IMG/VR virus record: IMGVR_UViG_2778261387_000002
Source: a virus
Taxonomy: Duplodnaviria > Heunggongvirae > Uroviricota > Caudoviricetes
Reading direction: 5' to 3' (one strand)
DNA length: 5,065 nucleotides
Within the stretch, counting starts at the first letter, position 1. Each line of letters begins with the position of its first letter. A program made the translations under genes and the position numbers. The notes below the pieces were generated by a model, which was not told the origin of the DNA, did not search any database, and saw only the letters and a program-made list of their open reading frames with translations. Below, piece after piece: positions 1 to 5,065 of this stretch.

Positions 1-1460
1 GTACTGAGTAACGGTATTTTCTCCCCGCTTGTGCCGAGTTCTCGTAAACCGAGGTATTCGATAACGGCAGCAACGGTCGATTTCGCAAGAATATCCCGCC
101 CGACTTTTGTCAGGGTTGCCAGGCTGGCGACATCATTCCCCGTAAAATACGGAAACTTGCCTGCCGCAGTAGTAAGTCCGGCCAGCGCCGTCAGGGTGGC
201 ATCTTTCGGTTGCTTACCCGCAAGCGCGTTAGTCATGGTGGTCGCAAAATTCGGGTCGTTGCCCAGCGCCGCAGCCAGCTCGTTCAGCGTGTTCAGTGCA
301 TCAGGTGACGAATCTACAAGGGCGGCAATCGCAGCCATAACGAAAGCCGTGCTTGCGATTTGGGTATTATTCGTTCCCTGTCGCGCAGTTGGTGTTGTTG
401 GCGTTCCGGTCAGTGCAGGACTATTTAAGGGCGCTTTCTTGTTCGTTTCATCCATTACCGCCTTAACAGCTTTCGATGTCGCGGCCAGTGTTTCAGACGT
501 GCTGTTGGTGGCACTACTGAGCTGGACTATCCCTTTTTGTGCCGTCGTGGCGTCCTGAGCGGTATATTTTGCGTTAGCAAGGTCATACGCGGCCTTTACT
601 GCTTTCGGCGTTGCAGCCTGCGTTTCAGACGTGCTGTTGGTGGCGCTACTGAGCTGGACAAGGCCTTTTCGCGTCGTGCTGGCATCCTGCGCAGTATATT
701 TACCGTTAGCAAGGTCATACGCGGCCTTTACTGCTTTCGGCGTTGCAGCCTGCGTTTCAGACGTGCTGTTGGTGGCGCTACTGAGCTGGACAAGGCCTTT
801 TCGCGTCGTGCTGGCATCCTGCGCAGTATATTTACCGTTAGCAAGGTCATACGCGGCCTTTACTGCTTTCGGCGTTGCAGCCTGCGTTTCAGACACGCTG
901 TTAGTGGCGCTACTGAGTTGAACAAAGCCTTTTGCGGTCAGCGAGGCGTCCGGGTGACGTCGTGACTGTTCATGCTCTTTCAGTTTGTCATCCACGTAAT
1001 CCACTGTGGCCATCACCATGGTGTTATCCACGGTAAGCACCACGGTGGCAGTGCTGGATACGGTCAGAATGGTGCGAAATGTTTGTGCACGACCGGACCC
1101 TTCGGCAACGGCTGGCTTGTAACTTTCGGCAGTATTGCCCACCGCGATTAAATCGCCGTGCTCATCAAATACACCAATTTCCCGGATCCAGAATCCGCCC
1201 GTTTCAGGAGGAATAACCAGCTCCGCAATAATGCGGTTCTGATGTGTTGCGTCCAGGATGACGCGATTAACAGTATGTCGCCACACCTCATGCACCAGAC
1301 GGGTCTGCTTACTGTCTGGTGTGGGCAACGTGCCGCCACCGTCGCCCACGGCCATATGAGTCAGGCGGACAGGCTTACCATCTGGCGCGGCTGCCTGAGC
1401 TAATTTTTTGGCACCCGTATCGGTGATAACGGTTTTAAATTTACGTGTTGTGGTACTCAT
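1..1460 (-). CDS. H: Tail fiber protein, N-terminal ~486 codons; gene is truncated by the window edge and continues beyond position 1
   Basis: Hand translation of the minus strand from ATG at 1460-1458 is open to the window edge. It begins MSTTTRKFKTVITDTGAKKLAQAAAPDGKPVRLTHMAVGDGGG..., which matches the conserved N-terminal baseplate-attachment domain of P2 H / lambdoid side tail fiber proteins. It then carries 44-aa repeats (KGLVQLSSATNSTSETQAATPKAVKAAYDLANGKYTAQDASTTR) of the phage tail-fibre repeat type, and the conserved tail fiber block ...NALAGKQPKDATLTALAGL...VGRDILAKSTVAAVIEYLGL. It is absent from the ORF track only because it has no stop inside the window. Start is 2 nt after the stop of gene I. 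Confidence 0.9.
   Translation of the reverse strand, partial: MSTTTRKFKTVITDTGAKKLAQAAAPDGKPVRLTHMAVGDGGGTLPTPDSKQTRLVHEVWRHTVNRVILDATHQNRIIAELVIPPETGGFWIREIGVFDEHGDLIAVGNTAESYKPAVAEGSGRAQTFRTILTVSSTATVVLTVDNTMVMATVDYVDDKLKEHEQSRRHPDASLTAKGFVQLSSATNSVSETQAATPKAVKAAYDLANGKYTAQDASTTRKGLVQLSSATNSTSETQAATPKAVKAAYDLANGKYTAQDASTTRKGLVQLSSATNSTSETQAATPKAVKAAYDLANAKYTAQDATTAQKGIVQLSSATNSTSETLAATSKAVKAVMDETNKKAPLNSPALTGTPTTPTARQGTNNTQIASTAFVMAAIAALVDSSPDALNTLNELAAALGNDPNFATTMTNALAGKQPKDATLTALAGLTTAAGKFPYFTGNDVASLATLTKVGRDILAKSTVAAVIEYLGLRELGTSGEKIPLLS
39..64. other. Candidate DNA-invertase crossover site (gix/hix/pix/cix-like) inside the tail fiber coding sequence
   Basis: Plus-strand sequence TTCTCGTAAACC-GA-GGTATTCGATAA consists of two 12-bp imperfect inverted half-sites (9 of 12 positions symmetric) around a 2-bp core. 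By my recollection of the Mu gixL site (TTCCTGTAAACCGAGGTTTTGGATAA) it matches at 22 of 26 positions, including the central AAACCGAGGT. It encodes ...VIEYLGLRELG..., the constant/variable junction region of invertible tail fiber genes. Confidence 0.45.
469..960. repeat. 132-bp in-frame tandem repeat array (about 3.7 copies) within the tail fiber gene, with a perfectly identical core
   Basis: Copies at 601-732 and 733-864 are identical at all 132 positions by direct comparison. Perfect periodicity extends over about 573-894. Flanking copies at 469-600 and 865-960 are diverged at scattered positions. Each unit encodes one 44-aa tail-fibre repeat. Confidence 0.95.
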
Positions 1461-1462
1461 GC

Positions 1463-1993
1463 TTAATCGTCCGGATAAATGGTAATGACTTCGCCGTCGT
1501 AAGTTGCTGCCGCCGCGAAAATATCTCCCTGAATCTCCTGAATGATATTCAGCCCTGTCATGTGGCGGCTGACCGGGCGGGCATCAGCAATCAACCGCTC
1601 CATTTCCAGATACATTTCCTCCGTCACGCCACTGTCCAGCGTGCCGACTTCAACGGTAAATGTTCCCGGTTCTCCGCCGAACTCCCACCACTCAGACACG
1701 CGAATGAGGTATCCCAGCGGCTCAATGGCCCGGCGCAGTGCGCTGATGGTCCCTTTGTGTCGGTGTATCAGCCATGCATCACGAATCACCTGTCGCTTTG
1801 TCTCTTCCGGCCAGTTGCGATCCCAGCGGTCAACGGAAAATGCCCAGGCGAGATAAGGCAGCAGATGCACCGGGCAGGTGTCCGGTGACCACAGCGTGTT
1901 GAGGTCTACCGGGATGTCTGTAATGCGCGCTCCGACAGCTTCGGCGCAACGCATGAAATTGCTGGCTGATGGCGGTAACAGTGAATTACTCAT
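1463..1993 (-). CDS. I: Baseplate assembly protein I (P2 gpI family), 176 aa
   Basis: Track ORF 1463..2026. The product (MSNSLLPPSASNF...LWSPDTCPVHLLPYLAWAFSVDRWDRNWPEETKRQVIRDAWLIHRHKGTISALRR...) is recognisably P2 gpI-like. I place the start at ATG 1993 rather than 2026: it has a Shine-Dalgarno AAGGTGG 4-5 nt upstream, gives the 176-aa length of P2 gpI, and overlaps the J stop as ATGAGTAA. The 2026 start is a GTG with no ribosome-binding site. Confidence 0.9.
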   Translation of the reverse strand: MSNSLLPPSASNFMRCAEAVGARITDIPVDLNTLWSPDTCPVHLLPYLAWAFSVDRWDRNWPEETKRQVIRDAWLIHRHKGTISALRRAIEPLGYLIRVSEWWEFGGEPGTFTVEVGTLDSGVTEEMYLEMERLIADARPVSRHMTGLNIIQEIQGDIFAAAATYDGEVITIYPDD

Positions 1994-2882
1994 TACGCCC
2001 ACCTTCGCTGATGGTGAATGACTCACAGCGCGCCGCCTGTATGTCGCTGATGGCCATATTCTGTGTGGGTTCGATTATCTCCACGCGTTGCACGCCGTGC
2101 ACATGAAGTGCGGCAGCAATGGCTGACAACGCCACGTCCTGACCAATAAGCCCCTGCTCAGCCAGCCACTTCCTGAACGACGATTCAGCCGCAGCCAGAA
2201 TAGGTTCGGATTCCGGGCCGGGGTAAAAGTACAGTTTTGCATTCAGCCGCCATGTCACGATGCTGGCGCTCTGTACGGTCAGTCGGTCGGCCACCGGGCG
2301 GGTATCCTCTGCATTCAGAACGGCGCGAACGGTATTAAGCAACGCCTCCGTTGCTGTGCCGTCGCCTTCAGTGGACAGAATGGAAACCGTCACACAGGCC
2401 GGAGACGGGCTGATGGCCCGCGCATCACGCACCAGACCGCTGGCGCTGCGTGCAAAATACTCGTATGCACCTGACGGGCCAGCAACACTCAGGCCGTCAT
2501 ACGCCCGCTGCGCCCGCAGTCTCAGCGAGGTGTCGCTCTCCATCACCGCGTCGGTGGTATCCGTTGCCGGAGTGATAACCAGGCGCTTTGTGTTCATATT
2601 GCCCGCGAGGTTGTCCAGGTTTGTCCCTGAACCGTGGCTTAACATGCAGGCGCGTGCGCCCTCGTTAACCCGCTGGCGTAACAGCATTTCACGAAACGAC
2701 ATGGTTTGAGCGATAACGTTCAGGGGTTCTGATTCCAGCTCCAGCGCGGCGGAGACGGCTTCACGCTGTTCGGCAGGATAGGACGCAATCATCATGGCCT
2801 TTGTGTCAGCCAGAATTGCCTCAAAATCAGGCTCCGCGATGATGGCGGGTTCCGGTAACTGGGAAAGATCAACAGCAGGCAT
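1986..2882 (-). CDS. J: Baseplate assembly protein J (P2 gpJ family, baseplate wedge), 298 aa
   Basis: Track ORF 1986..2882. N-terminus MPAVDLSQLPEPAIIAEPDFEAILADTKAMMIASYPAEQREAV and the body (GLSVAGPSGAYEYFARSASG...SPSPACVTVSILS...YFYPGPESEPI...HVHGVQRVEI) are colinear with P2 gpJ as I recall it. ATG start lies 3 nt after the W stop. Confidence 0.92.
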   Translation of the reverse strand: MPAVDLSQLPEPAIIAEPDFEAILADTKAMMIASYPAEQREAVSAALELESEPLNVIAQTMSFREMLLRQRVNEGARACMLSHGSGTNLDNLAGNMNTKRLVITPATDTTDAVMESDTSLRLRAQRAYDGLSVAGPSGAYEYFARSASGLVRDARAISPSPACVTVSILSTEGDGTATEALLNTVRAVLNAEDTRPVADRLTVQSASIVTWRLNAKLYFYPGPESEPILAAAESSFRKWLAEQGLIGQDVALSAIAAALHVHGVQRVEIIEPTQNMAISDIQAARCESFTISEGGRNE

Positions 2883-2885
2883 GAT

Positions 2886-3236
2886 TTACTCTCTCAGCGT
2901 GATGGTTAATTCAACATTCTGCATGGTCTGCATGACAGTGCCCGACAGCGTCACCCCGGCGCGGCCTCCTGCCTTCCAGACAACGTCGATGGCGTCCAGG
3001 GCAATGCGGGGTTCCCATCGTGTCAGCGCAATCACGGCAGCACTCATGCATTGCAGACGCGTGGTGTTATTCATGGGTTCGTCAATCAAATCAGGCACAA
3101 GGCTGCCATATTCCCGTCGCATAACCCGGCTTGCCAGCGGGGTGATCAGGATGTCCCTGACTGACTGTTTCAGGTGCTCCATATCGTTCAGGTTTCCCGT
3201 CCCGTCCGGGTTCATTCCTGTGTAGCGGGTTGTCAC
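2886..3236 (-). CDS. W: Baseplate assembly protein W (P2 gpW / T4 gp25-like), 116 aa
   Basis: Track ORF 2886..3236. Product MTTRYTGMNPDGTG...SVRDILITPLASRVMRREYGSLVPDLIDEP... resembles P2 gpW (MTARYLGMNR...VMRRDYGSL...). GTG start preceded by a strong Shine-Dalgarno AGGAGG at a 5-nt spacing; it overlaps the V stop as GTGA. Confidence 0.9.
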   Translation of the reverse strand: MTTRYTGMNPDGTGNLNDMEHLKQSVRDILITPLASRVMRREYGSLVPDLIDEPMNNTTRLQCMSAAVIALTRWEPRIALDAIDVVWKAGGRAGVTLSGTVMQTMQNVELTITLRE

Positions 3237-3814
3237 TGCGGGCCTCCTGTCGAATCGCTGCCACCTTTAACGCCACCGTGCTTATGCGTATGCACGGTAA
3301 TGCCGTTTGAGGTGAAATTGCCGCCGCTGTGCGTGATATTGCCGCTCATCTTTCCCTCTTTTGTGACGTCAAGCGTCGCCGTTCTCAGAAGGTTTGTGCA
3401 TTCCACGACGGGCGTATCCAGTGTCACGCTGACGGATGCCTGCAGGGTGGCTGTTTTCATGCCGCTGGCGCTCAGTGCGCCAGCGTCTGCGTCGTAGCGG
3501 AACACCGCGCCATCCGGCGCGCTGACCACGATTTCTTTCAGGCTTTTGCCGGGGGCCGGACTGGCATCACTCCACAGGCTGCCAATTATCATGGCGGTTT
3601 CCGGGTTGCCGCCAATGCAGGCAATTACCACCTGTTCGCCTGGTGATGGCGGCAGCCACACATTGAAGGCTCCCGCGCGCGTGGTGTTCCAGCGCAACCA
3701 GCCTGTTTCCAGTTCGCCGCTGCGAACGCGCACGCGCCAGGACTTCTCATCAACTTCAGAGATGATCCCGGTGCGGATGATGTTGCTCAGCAGTCGCATG
3801 AGTTCTGCGCTCAC
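3233..3814 (-). CDS. V: Baseplate central spike protein V (P2 gpV family), 193 aa
   Basis: Track ORF 3233..3814. Product has the gpV-like N-terminus (...LLSNIIRTGIISEVD...) and the C-terminal VHTHKHGG motif. GTG start preceded by Shine-Dalgarno GGAGG at a 7-nt spacing; it overlaps the stop of the S-like gene as GTGA. Confidence 0.9.
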   Translation of the reverse strand: MSAELMRLLSNIIRTGIISEVDEKSWRVRVRSGELETGWLRWNTTRAGAFNVWLPPSPGEQVVIACIGGNPETAMIIGSLWSDASPAPGKSLKEIVVSAPDGAVFRYDADAGALSASGMKTATLQASVSVTLDTPVVECTNLLRTATLDVTKEGKMSGNITHSGGNFTSNGITVHTHKHGGVKGGSDSTGGPQ

Positions 3815-4446
3815 CGTACAGCCTCCGCAATCCGGCCCAGCACCGTGTTATAAATCAGGCGCTCATCTGCCTGGCTGATACCCAACAGCTCACGTACCGG
3901 GTAATCGGTGAAAATGCCCGGCGCAACCTGATCGCGCTCACCGAACTGATGAACGCGTGCAATACGTGCGGCCACGCCGCTGTAACCCACCGTCACACCG
4001 GAGGCATCTGCACGGGCTTTCAGGTAGCGGGCGGTGCGCAGTTTTACGAACATGGGGACGCGCTTTGTGCTGTCCTGGTTGATGCGCCGGGTGCGTATTT
4101 CCAGAAAACGGTCGATGTCATCCCGGTAAAACGTGCGGATATTGTTTTTATCCTCATCCCACCCGGTAATGGTTCGCCCGTATTTCCCTGTGTCGTGATG
4201 CCAGTTTTTCAGCGTGCGTGCTTCGTTATTCCAGATAAAGCGAATGCGCTCCTGTATCCGGGTTACGCGGCGTCTGCGTGGTGTCCATTCGGTCCCGTCC
4301 GGCGCTTTTTGTGACCGGATACGTGCCTGCTGGGCGCGACGTAAATCCTGTGCCAGCTTTCTGGCGATGTTATTGATGGCCTGCTGATTCAGGCTGTCGC
4401 GGATAGCCTCAAAGGTTTCATCCACGCGGGTGAATGCCTTATCCAT
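3811..4446 (-). CDS. Phage virion morphogenesis / tail completion protein (P2 gpS / Mu gpG family), about 211 aa
   Basis: Track ORF 3811..4455. The motif ...ARKLAQDLRRAQQARIRSQKAPDGTEWTPRRRR... matches the virion-morphogenesis family as I recall it. I prefer the ATG at 4446 (Shine-Dalgarno GGGGTGA about 6 nt upstream; overlaps the R-like stop as ATGGATAA) over the GTG at 4455 used by the track. The position matches P2 gene S; the size is larger than P2 gpS. Confidence 0.78.
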   Translation of the reverse strand: MDKAFTRVDETFEAIRDSLNQQAINNIARKLAQDLRRAQQARIRSQKAPDGTEWTPRRRRVTRIQERIRFIWNNEARTLKNWHHDTGKYGRTITGWDEDKNNIRTFYRDDIDRFLEIRTRRINQDSTKRVPMFVKLRTARYLKARADASGVTVGYSGVAARIARVHQFGERDQVAPGIFTDYPVRELLGISQADERLIYNTVLGRIAEAVR

Positions 4447-4906
4447 CGCTTTCACCCCACGTCACATCCTGGAATACATGCGACCAGTCGCCTTCGGAAG
4501 AAGGCAGACGGGGTTTTGGCTCCGGCAGGTGTTCTGCCTGCGGTGTGCCCTGACTGTTGCGCGTGATGCGAACGCGTTCCCGCAGGGGGAGCGTAAACAG
4601 GAGATCGGCGCTGTCATCGTCATTGATAACGGCAGAAAATTTGATGTCCTGATTACGCTCCGGATTGAGCAACAACTGTGGCTGATTTTCGGATAACCAC
4701 GCCAGCAGCGGCAGCGTGAGGTCGTCCAGCTCTCCGGCGTAATCCATGACAAACATCACCATCTGATAGCGGTAAACAAACGAGGGCGCTTCTCCGGTCG
4801 TTTCAATGTTGCCGCTCTCCACGAAAATGGTGAATTTCTCGGGATTAGCCTGGCACCACCGACACCCATGAAGCATGGACTCTCGCAGACTGTTTGTCTT
4901 AAGCAT
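4439..4906 (-). CDS. Tail completion protein R-like (P2 gpR family), 155 aa
   Basis: Track ORF 4439..4906. Same length as P2 gpR and occupies its position. The pattern MLK..SLR...ANPE.F.IFVESGNI...LPLLAWLSENQP is consistent with my recollection of gpR. ATG start with Shine-Dalgarno GGGAGAG about 8 nt upstream. Confidence 0.72.
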   Translation of the reverse strand: MLKTNSLRESMLHGCRWCQANPEKFTIFVESGNIETTGEAPSFVYRYQMVMFVMDYAGELDDLTLPLLAWLSENQPQLLLNPERNQDIKFSAVINDDDSADLLFTLPLRERVRITRNSQGTPQAEHLPEPKPRLPSSEGDWSHVFQDVTWGESDG

Positions 4907-4930
4907 CTGTTTTGCTCTCCTGCTCTTCCT

Positions 4931-5065
4931 TATGCTGCGGGATTATTGATTTCCAGCACCAGGCTGCCGATATCGACGCCGTACGCGGCATTTTTAGTGA
5001 TATCAGTTAACGTCAGCGCATTCAGCCCCAGTGTCAGACTGTCTTTTATGACCTGGAATGCCGGG
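4931..5065 (-). CDS. 3' end of an upstream gene of unknown function; C-terminal 44 codons only, gene begins beyond the window end
   Basis: The minus-strand frame ending at stop TAA (plus-strand 4931-4933) is open to the window edge and reads ...PAFQVIKDSLTLGLNALTLTDITKNAAYGVDIGSLVLEINNPAA*. The other two minus-strand frames have stops. It has the same orientation as the operon and sits about 25 bp from the R-like start. I cannot assign a family from this fragment. Confidence 0.35.

Noticed and set aside
469-960. Tandem repeats considered as a CRISPR array or as a diversity-generating retroelement template/variable pair
   Set aside because: The units are 132 bp, directly abutting with no spacers, in frame, and encode a known tail-fibre repeat. 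Differences between diverged copies are scattered and not adenine-specific, and there is no reverse transcriptase gene in the window.
31-965. Plus-strand ORFs 31..558, 537..965 and 631..921, the second with a striking internal protein repeat
   Set aside because: They are antisense to the tail fiber gene. The internal repetition in 537..965 is simply the mirror of the 132-bp coding repeat on the minus strand, and the translated proteins are low-complexity and Arg/Ser/Cys-rich, typical of antisense frames.
1148-1403. Small ORFs 1148..1339 (-) and 1158..1403 (+)
   Set aside because: Both lie wholly inside the well-supported tail fiber reading frame, in other frames or on the other strand; no ribosome-binding site and no recognisable product.
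1994-2026. Upstream start for gene I at 2026 (track call), giving an 11-aa N-terminal extension MSHSPSAKVGV
   Set aside because: It is a GTG with no Shine-Dalgarno and would overlap J by 41 nt. ATG 1993 has a good ribosome-binding site and gives the length of P2 gpI.
3091-3276. Minus-strand ORF 3091..3276 (61 aa) spanning the V/W junction
   Set aside because: Alternative frame overlapping the ends of V and W; Pro/Gly/Arg-rich and low complexity, with no independent support.
1445-3878. Plus-strand ORFs 1445..1888, 1542..1856, 2260..2709, 2794..3225, 3174..3497, 3329..3646 and 3546..3878
   Set aside because: All are antisense to the I, J, W and V genes, whose minus-strand products have clear homology. 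Long antisense ORFs are expected in GC-rich coding DNA.
3949-4752. ORFs 3949..4314 (+), 4430..4696 (+) and 4462..4752 (-)
   Set aside because: Antisense or alternative-frame ORFs nested within the S-like and R-like genes; Cys/Arg-rich compositions typical of out-of-frame translation.
1-5065. Possibility of a novel defence, toxin or other undescribed system embedded in the cluster
   Set aside because: Every stretch of the window is accounted for by minus-strand genes with recognisable tail-module homology, apart from the about 25 bp upstream of the R-like gene and the final 135 bp, which is a gene fragment. There is no unexplained intergenic space, no insertion between conserved neighbours, and no atypical composition visible by eye. 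The novelty, if any, is confined to tail fiber variation.

Overview
The window is a densely packed, single-orientation (minus strand) block of contractile-tail phage genes with the gene order and protein families of the phage P2 baseplate/tail-fiber module: R-like, S-like, V, W, J, I, then the 5' part of the tail fiber gene, which runs off the window start. An unidentified gene ends at 4931 and runs off the window end. Gene junctions are overlapping or separated by at most 3 nt from the R-like gene through the tail fiber gene; the only gap is about 25 bp upstream of the R-like gene. All plus-strand ORFs in the track are antisense to these genes and are treated as artefacts. Three things stand out, all in the tail fiber gene: (i) a 26-bp dyad-symmetric sequence at 39-64 that closely resembles the crossover site of Gin/Hin/Pin/Cin-type DNA invertases, placed where such sites sit in the phage Mu tail fiber gene; (ii) a 132-bp in-frame tandem repeat with two perfectly identical copies; (iii) a mosaic domain architecture. 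I find no evidence of a novel defence, toxin or other undescribed system here; this looks like a conventional P2-like prophage (or tailocin) tail module whose host-range determinant may be switchable. Protein identifications rest on my recollection of family sequences, not on database searches.
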